Source of the DNA: Octopus sinensis
Taxonomy: Eukaryota
Direction: 5' to 3'
Length of the DNA: 64,000 nt
Assembly (NCBI RefSeq): GCF_006345805.1
Contig: NC_042999.1
Span: 99,510,001-99,574,000 of the forward strand
In this document: piece after piece, positions 26,551-41,055 of the stretch
How positions within the stretch are numbered: the first letter of the stretch is position 1
Layout of the letters: every line of letters starts with the position of its first letter
Notes under the pieces: model-generated
The model's database searches: none
What the model saw: only the letters and a program-made list of their open reading frames with translations
What the model was told of the DNA's origin: nothing
Position numbers and translations under genes: made by a program

Positions 26551-29310
26551 ATTATGTATGTATGTATGTATTCGTATATGCATACAGACAGACACATAGA
26601 TAAATGAATTGTTTGGTACATAAACAGATATATAGAAATTGATATTTTGTTTCAATATTCAATAATTTTATGTTTTTGAATACACTTAGAAAAGTACTAA
26701 TTGGCTACACGAATAAATTTCTTTCAAGAAGTAAATTGTAGAATAGAAGAGGTATTTACAATTCCTTGTAATATATATTTTGTGTACTATCGTAAATTTT
26801 GAAAATGGTGATAAGAATTGGGATAATTAAAGACGCAGTGATGCCGGATATTATGCATGCTGAAGTGCTCTTCCCATCCTTCTCTTTCCCTATTTGAACT
26901 TAATTCTCTGTTTCACTCCCCTAGCTATTTTCTCACTCTCCCTTCCTCTCTCTCTCCTCTCTCTCCCTCGAGTGTTTAATTTACTTTGTTCCCAATTCAT
27001 CTAATACCCATTCTCCATCTGTCTTATTTTCTTTACCTCTCACTTTCTCTCATCAAATTTCATTTAATTCACTTTCGCTCACATGCAAGTGTTTTATTAT
27101 ATTGAAAACTTACTAAGAGAAAATAGATATACAAATACGCATGAATTCTTTTTCATATAGGATATGAGTTATTTTCAAGAATTCTTTTTATTTTATGTCT
27201 GTAAAAGAAAATCCCTATTATAAACTATCTTAGAAATATAAACCCAGAAACGCAGATGGATAAAAAAAATCTCAAATCTGAAGGAAGACCTCAATATTGA
27301 CAACACCTTCGGCGACCAGCCTGATAATAAGGAAAAGATGGAGGACATAAAACAATAAATGAAAAAGATCTCTAACCAATTTTCAACACAATGGTAGAGC
27401 AAAATCTAAGAACTATTTAATCAAGTTTACGTCTTCCTTAAATATATGGCAAAATAACGATGACAAACTTATCAGCTGTTATTGCATTCACACACTCACC
27501 TGCCAAAAAAAAGCCGTTGAGTTGACAGAATGTTACAACGGTGGAAAAAGTGCTTTACGATATTTTCCCCTGCTTCTTTACATTGTGTTCAAAACCTGCC
27601 AAGGTCGATATGCATTTAATCTTTTGGGGTCATTCAAATACAGTATCAATCAAGTACTAGTTTCGATGGTATCGACAAACAGCAACCCTTTTTGGCCTTA
27701 TATTTAAATCAGAAACAATACATAGGAAGATAACAGTGGAGAGAATGAGAGAAGTACATTCCTCTTATGATTTTGACTGAAATCTGGAAGAGATTATCAA
27801 GAATGATGTGATCTCACCCTTAGCATTGGCATTAAAATTATTTCTGTAACCGTGGAATTCTTTGGCCCGAACTTACTGTTTCCCTTGGTACTTAACTTTC
27901 GATTCCTTCTTATACTGTTATTTTCCATCCATTATCTCTTTTCCTAATCGATTCAGAATAAACCTTCACCCTATTTTTTAAATTTATCTTTATAATACCT
28001 CGTCAACTGTCACCCATGTGTAAATAAAAATATGTAAATATAATTGTTCTCTTCTGATGATAAAAACGGTTGCGTAACCGAGGAAACCCTGCTCATAAAA
28101 TTTCCGGCCTTATGCTAGTGTTTTAAAGATATTATTAATTGTCAGAAGAGCTTATTGATACCAGAATGGTACCATTATAAACAAAATTCCATTTAGCATT
28201 TAGTTACTATTTTTATGTCACGCGTCATCGATTGCGGATTTGCTATAGTTCTTTTCTATATATATGAACAGGGCCTGAAATATTGCAGAATGACGCTAGT
28301 CGTAATCGATTTGCTGCCCCCCCGGAAAATTTGTAACAAAATTTAATTTATAAATATGAATTTTTCATTTAAACATTCTCCTACACTGCTCAACAGATAC
28401 TTATTTCCGCAACCCCGAAAGGATGAAAGACAAAATCGACATCAGCGGCATCAGAGTTTTTATAATGAACAGTAATCAAGAATGGAGTTGATTTAATCAG
28501 TTGTGCTTCTCCTCTTAATTCGAGGTTTCATACAACTGTTAAAAATCATAGAAATCAAAATCTAGTATTATATTCAGAATTTTGTTCTTCTAGTTAATTG
28601 GTTATTTATCACCAAGACGAGCGCTAATGCTGCATGTTCCTTCCCGCATTTAAATTGAAGCTAGTGTTGTTTAGCTTGACATTTAAATACCCGAGTATGA
28701 AATATTTCTCAATCATCTACGAGAGACATGATATACTTACGAAATAAACATGATAAACCTAAACATGATAATTGGCCATTATAGAAATGTAATATACTCA
28801 TGTTGTAACACCCTTAAAACTCAAAAATTATCTAAAATTTTTATGTCATTAAAATACTCATAAATAATAATGGATAATAATATAGGAAAGGTTTAAATGT
28901 TAAATTCATATTTATTAATGAAATTTTATGCTACAAATTCAGTTTGATAATATCAATTTTTATGTTTGTTAAATATCTTTATAAGCATGACATGGTATCC
29001 AGATAAAGATTAAACTTTTATGAATAAGCGGTAAAACATTCAATTCTAATCTACAATGGAATAAGTTTTCTAAGATACATACTATGCGTTACTACAGAAT
29101 AACGTTATACGTGTATCATACTGATACTCATGCAAATAGCACGAATTACATTCATTTATTACTGAAACAGTAAAATTTTCTACCATCCACACACTAGCAC
29201 AGTACTTAGAAATCCCTGTGTGTGTGTGTGTAATATATATGTATATTACATATACATATTCATATACTTACATAATATATATGCATATATGTGTAGAGAG
29301 ACACGTATTG

Positions 29311-29535
29311 TGAAGGTGCATAACTCAGTGATTAGAGCGTCGGATTAGAAATGAGTTGCGTGCGACGTCACTGGTGTCAAGCTGTATCGACCTCTTCCAT
29401 TCCCTTGGAAAACATCGTGGAGAGGGGAGGCTGTTATGCATGGGCGACTGTTGGTCTTAACAACCTTGCCCGGACTTGAAGGGGAACTTTCTACATGCAA
29501 TCCCATGGTCATTCATGACCAACGGGTGACTTTAC
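29311..29535 (+). mobile_element. Probable tRNA-derived SINE, family D
   Basis: Head gaaggtgcataactcagtgattagagcgtcgg is tRNA-like; GC-richer body ends in ggtgactttac; follows a microsatellite. Confidence 0.5.
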
Positions 29536-30799
29536 GCTTTATATATACGTATATTTAATTTATTTATAGATAGATATATAACAACCTAAACTTCTACACA
29601 GAGATACATATATCATTTGTGAAGTTATCCTCGCATTCATAAACAATAAGCTACTTCATGAATTTGTGCGCATTATATATTCTAATGTTGATATTACGTA
29701 TCTTATATATTCTAGTGCCGATTTCGAGCCTTTTAATTATGTTAAAAGAATTGTCATTTGTGTTGATTAAGATGCTATGCTGCTCTAATATTTATTCAAT
29801 CGCGAGAAAACAAAACATATTCCTTGTTGACACGAAATGTAGTCATATACAGAGTTGCATTTGGTCATAGCTAATAGCTACCAGCCTACCCATGTGCAAT
29901 AATAATTCCTCTAATGATTTGCTACTTGACATTTATTCAATCTGGTATTTACTATGAACTTACGCAACAAAAATCGCCTACTACTCTTCACTTCAAATAC
30001 TTATGTGGCACTGCTGCCATAGATATGGAGATGCTTGAGGATTATTTAAATAATTACAAAGAATACAGAGATTACTAAAGATTATGTTAGTCTTTTCACC
30101 TTCCACCCCTCTCTTAATCTTTTTGGTTTCGAAACAGTATTTCTAATAACCTGGTTACCAATATTGTTTAGCCTTATTAGCTATGATCATAGACATTCCA
30201 TCCGTGAACAAAGCAGAATTTATTTTGGAATATATTTCTCAGTGCATTATTTATTTTCAAAGACGCTGCGGTTTCATTTAACGGAAATTTGACTGCAGAT
30301 TGACGAACAAAATATAGCTTATCTTGTTAACTTAACAATAAATACTTGGTTCCATGTTTGATACCATTCCTCGGTACCTTGGTAAGCTTCTTCCATTAGA
30401 AAGACAAAACCAGGAATTAGATAAAAAATAGTAAGAGCTGCATCGGGAACATCATAAAATCAAAATTGTAAATAACTAATTTTGGTTACCTCGAGGAGTA
30501 AAACGTGTGACGTTTCGAAAACTGATTCTCAAAAGCGGTTTCCTTTATTCATCAGATCATGCAAACTTCCTGATACCTACAAGTTCTTTCGTCATTGCTT
30601 TATGTCGATTAAAGCATTTGAGCAAAATTCAGAAACTGTACTGAATCTCATCAAATCCTACTTCTAACAACTCGCAGAGTCCCCTTATATGTGTATGTGT
30701 GTGTGTGCGTGTGTGTGTGTGTGCGCGCGCGCGTGTTTTTGATGTGACCTTACAAACACATTCCCAACTTTTAAGTCACTTTAAAAATAAAACCCCTCG

Positions 30800-31085
30800 A
30801 TTCAATAACACCGTTTACAAACTCTGTGCTTGGAATGGCCAATTTTGAATACTATTGGAACGTAATCACAAGGTACAGGAATCTTATATATATACCATTC
30901 TGCCTAAATAATGGAACTGAAGATATGCTATCCCTGCATATCTCACGTCTATTTTCATTCCTCCACTTCACTCTCTATTCCATATCTTATCTAGAATAAC
31001 TATTGCTTAACCATCTTCTCACAACGTCTCCGATGAATGGATATATAGAATATCCCTGAAACAGCTATAAGACCTTTTATTTATA
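30800..31085 (+). mobile_element. Penelope-like pLTR remnant with degenerate hammerhead (31026-31073)
   Basis: GTCT-CCGATGA-A-TGGATAT...ATATCCC-T-GAAAC-AGCT-ATA-AGAC; same family as 14050-14480. Confidence 0.55.
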
Positions 31086-31142
31086 AATGTTCTGAAATCT
31101 TTCACAGCCTTGGATTTTTATCTCATTCTGTTAATTATATAC

Positions 31143-31260
<118 letters not shown>

Positions 31261-31539
31261 GTATATATACAAGGAGAAGGAATGAAAGATAGACAGTGGA
31301 AAGCAAAGAATCAGGGAGATAAAAAGAAATATAGAGGATTATATAGGGATAGAGAGAAAGAAAGAAAACAGGCAGAGAACATAGTGTGGAGTCGCAGAAA
31401 TCATATATACATGTAAAATCTTGCTATTGGCGAAGGCTGCGTGGCGTTCAATTATAAATAATTAAAAATACACATTAAGTGCAGGACATCACCAGCGAGT
31501 GAAAAATACGTAAAAGCACGCGTGCACACACACACGCAC

Positions 31540-31592
<53 letters not shown>

Positions 31593-32702
31593 TACAAATT
31601 AAAAGCAGCTCCCGTAATATAAATATTTTCGGTCGCACATACATAGTGTATATGTTTTGTTTATACGACAAACGTGCTGCAGTATAGCGTTAAATGGAAG
31701 CTCCCCACATGACACCTGAATGCCACAACTCGACTCCGAATCACCGACAGTGCCAGATACCGAAGTTTCGTCATTATTGTGGCTTATCAACACCACGTAC
31801 TTGGATTATCACAAAACGAAGTGAATCGTTGGTCTGTGACTTATATATAAATAGTATGAATTTTATTTGCCGATGTACTGCAGAGTAGCTCATATGATAG
31901 AAAATTGAATTACAAAAAGCAGCTCTGGTAATGTAAACGTAACCGGTCTCTCATACATAGTGTATGTGTTTTGCTAACACACTAAATGTGACGCGGGATA
32001 CCGTCCAGGGAAATCACCCTGTATGATGCCGTTGTTAAAGAACACCTAAATGTCATGTCACAGAGCAGCGCTTCACTTTGTTTCGAGATTATCCGGAGAT
32101 ATGATATTAAAAAGCCACAATAATTGATGAAGGAAACGGAAGATAGAATTACCACGAAACTTTATTCAGTTTGACGGTCGTTTCGACCCATCCTGGAACT
32201 GTCCGTTATGGGTAGGATATTGTGCATCTAATTGTGTGGGACCAATCTGTGTGGTTTATGTCACATCAGGTACATGCATAAAAAAGGGAATGTCCCTTTA
32301 GATATACTGAGTTCTCCTAGGCATTTTGTAATTTGGTTATTTTGGTTATAACCAAAATACAAGAGCTTTTCCGATAATTGGTCTTATCCCTGTATGTATA
32401 TATGTCAGTACGTGTGTATGCAGATGTGTGTTTGCTTAGACGTGAAAGTAAGGGTGAGAGTAAACAAAAAGACTGTGTGCGCGCGCGCATGTTTGTGTGT
32501 ATGTGTGGTTATGAGTGTATACCTGCTTGACTGCTTTTATATGCGTTTGTGTGTTTTTGTGCTTTAGACACCCGTGATGTCTTTAAGGGTTCGGCCTTTT
32601 GTACAAAGTCATTTCGGTCTCAGCTCTTTTGGGATTCACTTGTCTTTCTGTAAATATTCATGGGTGCATGAATGTGAATATTTACAAGGGAATATTTACA
32701 TA

Positions 32703-32808
32703 GGCGCTGGAGTGGCTGTGTGGTAAGTAGCTTGCTTACCAACCACATGGTTCCGGGTTCAGTCCCACGGTGTGGCACCTTGTGTCTTCTACTATAACCT
32801 TGTGAGTG
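32703..32808 (+). mobile_element. tRNA-derived SINE, family B (5' part, internally deleted)
   Basis: GGCGCTGGAGTGGCTGTGTGGTAAG (A box) and GGGTTCAGTCCC (B box); matches an octopus SINE head as I recall it; runs into TG-rich simple sequence. Confidence 0.75.
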
Positions 32809-32942
32809 TATGTGTGTGCATATGTTTGTGCGTACGTACGTGCTTTCCTACGTGTGACTATGCATATCTGTGTGTGTGTGCGCGCGCGTGCGTGAGTGCC
32901 TGTGCCTGTGCACGTCTGCGTAAGTTTATATGTGGATACGTG

Positions 32943-32983
<41 letters not shown>

Positions 32984-33761
32984 CTGTGCATGATGAGTGT
33001 GTGGTTGTCCTTGCGTTACTGTATGCGTGTCTTTACGCGTGCATACCCGTCTGGGCCTGCACGTGTATGTGTATGGTTGTGTACGCATACATGCTGACAC
33101 ATTTACCATTGACTTTTCAGAATTTCCATTCACCAAATATCACCCATGAGATATTCAATTCATAGCTATGTTAGAAAATGCAATCTTAAGCTGCTGCGTA
33201 GTGGATTCGAAGCAATTAATGTTGCTGTAAACCGAATTCTTAAATTCGTCGCTGTCTGTGTTGATTCACCCGTAAATACGCAGTAAAGATGTCACCCAAT
33301 TTAAATCTCATTGGAGGGAAACATACTCTTTACCTCTAATATGAAACAAATTGTGTTTTAGAAAATAACAATGAGACAATATGAAACATTATCATACAGA
33401 CAAACAACCAATACGTAACTATATTATATCTGAAAATGTTTTCAAGAAAAAATGAAAATATTGTATTAATAATACGCATTGTTTTAGCAAATGACTAATA
33501 TTTTATGCAGAGAGGGAATTGCAAGAAGCTGTTCCTTTGAATACTATGGGTCTGATAAAAATGTTAGCATCATTCCATTTATAATTGGGGGAGCTGGAAT
33601 GATGTGGTATTAATTTCTTAAACGTCTTCATGGAATATAACTAAGGATCGATATACGCATGTTAAAGAAAATAGCAAAGCAGGAATCTATATATATTGCT
33701 TATTATATCCTCACGAAACCATACCTTTACACGTGTATTTTCATGATTGTTTTCTAATTTT

Positions 33762-33968
33762 TTTAGGGAGGGAACTAGTCGATTAGATCAACTTCAATGC
33801 TTGATTAGTATCTATTTTAACGGCCCCGAAAGGATGAAAGGCAAAGTAAACTTCGGCGAAATTTTAACTAAGAACGTAAAGACACAAGGTGTGAAATTTT
33901 GTGGAAGGGGTTTAGCCAATTTTATCGACCCCCACAGCTCGACTGATACTTATTTTATCGACCCGGAA
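33762..33968 (-). mobile_element. Two adjacent fragments of SINE family A
   Basis: ccccgaaaggatgaaaggcaaagt and a repeated tacttattttatcgaccc motif. Confidence 0.7.
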
Positions 33969-36559
33969 ATGTAATAATAACAATAATACCGGATACCTAG
34001 CGAATACCTTGTTTAAATAATTCGATATTTTCTGTAATTCAGTAAATCCACGAACTTCTACGGTTGTTCCCTATTATATTCTACCAAACCCATCATGCAT
34101 CTTTTTTCGGTAAGCACCCAATTTACATCTTAGATCTATGCATTAATGAAATTATATCGTACGTAGTATTTCTTCCATAATTATCATAAAAGAAAATACT
34201 TGCATTAAAAAATAATTATGCTCCATATCTTATTCTTTATATTGATTGCAATTGTATACTAATTCTATAGAATTGCTATACATGAACCTTATTGTTTCTA
34301 TTCATATTCCATCTATCTCATTTTAGTCCTTTCATAGAATTGCATTGATGACTTTTTAGTAATTAGTATCCATTTTACTACAGCATTGGCTTTGTGTTGC
34401 TAGGATACAGTGAACTACAAATATATGTTAATCTTCATTTAAATATCTTAACGGATCCTTTCTGTGTAAGCATTACGAGCATTGAAAAATATACACATGT
34501 ATATATATCTTTACAAACGTTTCTCGTTATTCCAAGATATTAAACCAAAATCGAAGACAGCTTTAAAATGTATTAGTAATTATTATTTGTTCTAAATTCT
34601 GAAATTGTATATTGCTAATTATATTAGCTTCAAAATATTTCTGAAATTCATTCAATGATAATCAGACTTTAATTTGTTTAATGATAATTTTACTTATGAA
34701 GATACAACAGAATTCTGAAACTATAATGTTGCAAGCAAATACTTGGCAAGTGGCATGTTAAATAGAAATAAAATACTGTCTTGTCTGAAAGGCAGCAATT
34801 ACTGACGAAGAAAAGAACCAGCTGAGACTGATGTCAATGAATGAGAATATTTTAAAAAAGTATTGCAATACTAAGGTATGAATCTTCATATTAAAGTTCT
34901 TGGCAACCTTTTAGATAGTACCTATCTTGTTTTGCCACAGTGTGACTTAATAATCCCCATAGCTACTATAGCGTTTGGAATTCAATAGAAACCAAAGTTA
35001 TTATCTTTAGTAACATTTCGGATAATACTTTGGGCTATAACTATAATGGGCATCTTACTGATTACAAACAAGCACCAAGAAATAAGAGGAATCTAAATAT
35101 TTCGTATGAAATACGCATCATACTTTCTGATTGATTACTTGATAAATATCGTTATTTCACTTTAGGTGATATTCAATCCACTACCCAGCGAGAAACATGG
35201 AAACATATTTCAATACAAGCTGCTGTAAGAAAGTCAATTACTAATTAATCTTTAAATTAAAACTCTATAGGAGGGCAATAAATCAGATCTCAATTTCCGG
35301 TGAAAGTATTGAGCGAGAGTTTATTCAGTCAATAGACTAATGTATACTATCCAAATACAATATCAGTCCAACTCTGGAAAGTCTGACGAAATTATTTTCA
35401 CTTAGCCTTACAATATGAAATGAAGAACTGTAATGCTAAGATTTTGTAATTTGAACAAAAAAATATTTCAATAATTATTGAAGATTTACTAGAGTAATGT
35501 AGTTACAACAGGGTATTTGTCCCACAAAAGAACGTGAACAAAACAAATAGAAAATGAAATTGGCTGTAGAGATTGTTATTGAAAGTATTTAATATCCGGG
35601 TTGCTTTCGTTAAAAATAAACCCGGAGAGCAGTTCTTCGCTTGTAAAAGAAGAAATCTTCGGTGATATAATTGTTTTAAATTAAGCGCGACAACATCTTT
35701 ATTTACTATTTACTTTTGTTTTCCTAGTCTACAATGAAATGGATTTCGTTTCGACAAGTTAATTAAGTTCGATGTTTGTTTTCTACGGAGATATGTAAAC
35801 AAGACATGTGAGCATTAAGCGTAGATGACAACGTTTTAGGTACATATTTTTGGTACGTTTTATAGAAATGGTATGAGCAAATTAAAAATAAAGCGTGATT
35901 AAGAATTGGCGCCAATGCTATATCTGCCTCTAAAATATTATTCTGTTGGGAAAAATAGTTTCATATCTCAAATTAGTTACACAAATTCTTTGATCAAGCT
36001 ATATAAATGATCGTCAACCGAATTACAATTCTAAAGTTATTCTCTGAACAAAATTCATTGTAATTGCTTGAGTTTATTTTTAATATTTCAGCGAAGTATA
36101 TTAATTTTATTTATAAATTACTTTCCATTTTGAACCTAAATGAAATCACATCAAAATATGAACTCAGGTTTTAATGAAAGTAGTAATCGAATTTCAGTCC
36201 CAATGTCTGAGAGACGGAAGAGTTGAAGCAATATAGATATATAGATTTAGATCAAATATCCTTCATGATTGTGTAACATACATACATGCATGTATGTGTG
36301 CGTGTATGTATCATGTATATATGTACATACTTACACGCTCAAACACACACACACTCACGCACAAACACAAATATATATAAGTGAAAATGTATAGTAAATG
36401 CACAAATGAAAAACGGACACAGAATGGCAAGCTAAAAAACGCATAATAAATGCACAGAAGAACGGAAAAAGGAATATATTGTGCACAAAAGGACGAATCT
36501 GTTCAAAAAGGATACCGAGCTTTTAAATAAAAATAATCGACTTAATTGCCTTATGTGTT

Positions 36560-37010
36560 GTCGCCTCCAGCATATTTCCTTAACTGTTGATACATTACTC
36601 TTACTTTTTCGCAGCCTTCTGGAACGCGTTTACAGAAGCTGTTTGGATTTTCTTCACAATCTTCTACAGTCCGAAATCAGTAACTTTCTAGAATGGATTT
36701 CGTTTGGAAAAATAAAATAAAAGGCTGAGGGGGAAAAATTTAGAGAGCACAAAGAGTCGAGGACGAATGTCCATTTGTGCTATACCAAAACAACTGATGT
36801 TGTGCTGGACGAAATTGTTGTGTAAAATCCGAATGTTGTACCTTATATATACCATTCCACTTCCTTCTCAAACTCGTTAGGATCTACATCAAACTCTTTA
36901 TTGATCGTGTGACTTCTCATGTTGAAGACGGTCTTCCATTCAAAGATCTCGACATAACTTCACATTTGGGTGACTCTGTCGTGATCGTGCTCTATTTTAA
37001 AAATCCAGTT
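36560..37010 (-). mobile_element. Highly decayed mariner-like remnant
   Basis: Minus-strand traces of NGRPS and EENPNSFxKR in mariner order; weak. Confidence 0.3.
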
Positions 37011-37220
37011 TCTATTTGAGCAGAACTCGTGCGTGTATGTGTGTGTGTGTGTGATGTTTGGTTATGTATATATGTACGCACTTACACACATAAACACGTA
37101 CATACAAGTACACACTCACACATAAACACGCACATACACACACGCACAAGCACACACACACCAATTACACAAACGCACGCACACTAACACACTTACGGGC
37201 GGACACGCACACACACAAAC

Positions 37221-37289
<69 letters not shown>

Positions 37290-37574
37290 GCAATATACTG
37301 TCCGAGCTTGTTTTGAAAATGCCTTTTTTCTTTAATGATATGGCTTTTGACTTACGACAATAGTAGGACGTAATTTTATTCGCTGAAGTTCGTTGAGGTG
37401 ATTTTGCACCTAAGCATCGGGCAATTTCCGGTCTGTTTAGAATGTCTACATCGAACTTACCGTTGTAAACTGACTGCTATTTTTGCCATCTAATTTAGAA
37501 TTAATATTCTAAATTTTTATTTCATTTGAGATATATTTCAACACTTTCAAATCTACTGATGTACTGGCCAGAAG

Positions 37575-38825
37575 TTACGGGGTTTACAGCAAGGGGAAAA
37601 AACATGCGCATAAATTTTAGTATATAAATATTGAATATCATAATTTCTTAATTGCAACATGAAGAAGTAAAGACACTTGATTTCTCTCATCGTCATGCGC
37701 CACTTGGCTTAGGCGCATTTGATGAAGTAGATGCTCGGGTGTCAATTGATGATGGTCGAATCCATATGACATTTTCGAAACATCAATTGATGGTATCCGT
37801 TGTTTTAGGACAATATTTAAAACGGCTCAAACATCATATCGTTCAATAATTTTGAAATCAGAATGAAGAATTCAGTATTTCTGTAGGAATGACATCGGCT
37901 ATGATGATACCATTGACAAGAGCAATATGTGAAAATGGATAAAGAACTTCAAAGAAAAGGGAAAGCACGAATCGCCAGCCTGTGGACGAGCTGATTTCCG
38001 AACAGATTATTCGAGAGCTTGCATTACAAAAGATGGTGAAAGACTTTGGGTATGGGAAAGTTTTTGCAATGTTGATAGCTCAGCAGCTGACACTCAAGCT
38101 GAAGGTCGGAGAGGTGGAAAAAAGTCTACTCTGATCTGCTGGAAACGTTTGAAGACACATTTTATTTTCATCTGGTGACAGGAGATCAAACACGAGCACA
38201 TTTATATGTTGCAAAAACGACACCTCAGTCTATGAATTGGCAGCATAACACTCCGCCAAATCCTAAGAATTAAAACAAAAAACTAGCGTTCGACAAAAAT
38301 CTTCATGTTAATTGATTTTCTTTTACGTACCTGTGGCATGGTAAATGAGCTGTACATTAAGGCCCTCAGAAAGCTTAGAGAAGTTACTAGAAGGAAAGCA
38401 AAGAATAAGAATCAGAAATCGACCCACATTCATCATGTCAATGCACGATTACATACATCATTAGCACAAATCATGTAATCGGTAGAGTGGTCCCCTCTAT
38501 ACCGCACAACCTGGATCTGAATGCCTCCCATTCACACCTGTTCTGTCAGTGAAGGACGATCTTCGGGTATAACGATTTTATGACACAGTGGAAGTGGAAG
38601 TGGAAGTGGTAGTGAAGAAGTAGATGCAGCAATGTACACCTCAATTATTTCAGATAAGTTTTGAGGGTTGGGCTCAACGCTGATAGAGGTGTATCACTTG
38701 TGATAACGACTATGTTAAATAGTAGCTTTATATTAAGGCAGTCTACCAGCAAATGCAGCTTGAACAACGTATGCCAGTTAATAGAAAAACTATGCCCAAT
38801 TTTGCATTACTATGTGAGCGTGTAT
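37575..38825 (+). mobile_element. Old mariner spanning roughly a full element length
   Basis: Traces in mariner order of LVTGD, QSMxWQH, KALRKLRE, an HxNAR-like and a PDLxPSxxHLF-like motif; ends in a TIR-like ttgcattactatgtgagcgtgTA. Confidence 0.5.
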
Positions 38826-38862
38826 ATATATGTTAGCATATATATATATATATGTATGTATG

Positions 38863-38894
<32 letters not shown>

Positions 38895-38913
38895 TGTATG
38901 TATGTATGTATGT

Positions 38914-40273
38914 ACACCTTTGTCGCTCCAAAGATTTGGCACCAATCTCAAATCATCCCAATACCCAAAAAAGGTGATTTATCCCTCGTCACCAACTACA
39001 GGGGTCAATTGCTGCAAAACTGTGCAACAAACTGATCCTAAATCGTCTTGTCCTTTTCGTTGAACCTTTGCTCCAAAAGAACCAAAATGGATTCAGACAT
39101 GGGCGCTCAACGCTGAGCCATATACTATGCCTACGCAGACTTATTGAAGAATCAAAAGCATTTAATCGCGATCTTGCAATGGTATTTGTAGACTTTTCTA
39201 AAGCGTTCGATTCTGTAGATAGGTACAAGATGTTTGAAAGCTCTATGGGATACCAGACAAAATCATTTCTGCCATCAAGGTCCTCTACACAGATACGTCT
39301 TCAACCATCTTAACCCCTGACGGAGAAACATCATCTTTCTCAATCAGAGCCGGAATACTGCAGGGAGACACACTCGCCCCATTTCTTTTCATCATTGTTG
39401 TTGATTATGTGCTACGCATGTCAGTTGATACCATCTCTGGCAAGGGCTTTGAAATAAAACCAAGAAGAAGTTCCAGACACCCAGCTGAGTACTTGACAGG
39501 CACTGACTTTGCTGACGACATCGCTCTTATCAGTGATGCTCTCTCCAATGCCCAGTCTCTTTTACAATCTCTTGAACAAGCTTCAAATTGTGTAGGTCTT
39601 TACCTCAATGAGGCCAGGACTAAATACATAAACAAGTGCCTGTCCAACAGTGATTGCATCATCCATACTCTCAACTATGCCCCCTTAAATATGGTTTCTG
39701 ATTACAAATATCTTGGGTCGTACATATCATCATCTGAAAAATACTTTCTAACTAGAAAGGGTATGGCCTGGTCAGCCTGTAATGACATGCATAAGATCTG
39801 GTCATCAAATCTAAGTAGAGACTTCAAACTTGAAATCTTCAAAGCCACAGTCAAACCAATTCTACTATATGGCTCAGAAACCTGGACGTTATCAAAGAAG
39901 ATTGAGAGGCGGTTGGATGGAACCTACACTCGCCTCCTTATGAGAGCTCAAAATCTCTCGTGGAAGCGCCATCCAACCAAAATGCAAATATATGGGAAAC
40001 TACCACCTGTGTCATCTCTTGTGAAAGGTAAGAGAGTCCAGTTTGCTGGACATTGTTGTAGAGCTGAAAAAGAGGTAATTTCTACTCTTCTCCTCTGGAA
40101 GCCATCTACCCGCAATACCAGAGGGCGCACACTCTCCTACCTTGATGTAATCTCCAGGGATACAGGCATCCAGCAACAGGACCTCCGTAATGCCATGATG
40201 GACCGTGAAGTCTGGCGTAGCATGGTAAATTCCATTGTCTCGACCACGGTCGAACAATGATGAATGATGATGA
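38914..40273 (+). mobile_element. RTE-clade (RTE/RTEX-like) LINE, 5'-truncated, RT and C-terminus
   Basis: IIPIPKKGDLS, QNGFRHGRST, FVDFSKAFDSV, GILQGDTLAPFLF, DFADDIAL, YKYLGS, LLYGSETW; stop at 40258-40260, then a tga-repeat tail. Confidence 0.92.
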
Positions 40274-40352
40274 TATATATATACATATATCGTTTGTAGA
40301 AATACATAAATCCAGAGGTGAAGCACACTCTAACTTGTACAGCAGTTAATAT

Positions 40353-40720
40353 TATAATGGGAGAGGCCGGTTTATGGGGTTACTCTGAGTTTCTCACTCA
40401 TAAGCCTCACGGCGTATCTTCTAGAAAGCAAACATGCTTGCATTTTAGAAGATTCCTGCTGGCGACGCCACAGCCGGAAATCAAAAGCCAAGGCCGAAGG
40501 GAGACATCTTTTACTTTCGTGATTCTTTGGTCGAATCTCGATGGCCAGTGGCAAAGGGAGATAATCACAAAGCTTACATGTATAGCAAGGCATTTTCCCC
40601 TCCATACTTTGAAGAGGTCTTGGGCCAGCAGTGTTTTGGGTCTAAAGATACGCCGTTAGGCCGAACCCTTTATGAGAGAGAAACCCGGGGTAACACCATA
40701 AATCGACCTCCCCAATTATA
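40353..40720. mobile_element. MITE-like element with about 70-bp imperfect terminal inverted repeats
   Basis: Left tataatgggagaggccggtttatggggttactctgagtttctcactcataa versus reverse complement of the right end tataattggggaggtcgatttatggtgttaccccgggtttctctctcataa; both continue into cggcgtatctt. Confidence 0.7.
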
Positions 40721-41055
40721 GTATATATATATATATAACGGGAAGCTTTATGAAAATAAACAAAAGACGAAGGCAGGTGGAAGACAAACGAACAATTGTA
40801 TTAGTATGGCGCTCAGGAAATATAAATAAAACAAGTCTTTAACGTTTCGAGCCTACGCTCTTCAACAGAAAGATACACAGAGAGAGAAAAACACAGAAAG
40901 AAGGAGAGAAAAAAATGCGTGCAGTAGCTAACGAATCAACATGGCGATCTGATTTCGGCCAGAGGTCAAAGATCAAACATGAGACGCGAGAGCGAAATAA
41001 GGGGAGATAATAGGGTTGATAAAAGGGTTGAGTGACCAGCTAAAAGTGCGTGGGA

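Noticed and set aside
28040-28100. CTGATGA with a cggtt/aaccg hairpin and GAAAC; similar partial motifs at 30505-30558 (-) and 62690-62760
   Set aside because: Stem I or the spacing is broken; at most dead hammerhead relics.
36600-36690. Strong-looking splice acceptor ttactttttcgcag followed by short open frames
   Set aside because: No donor follows, and the segment is better explained as the antisense of a decayed mariner.
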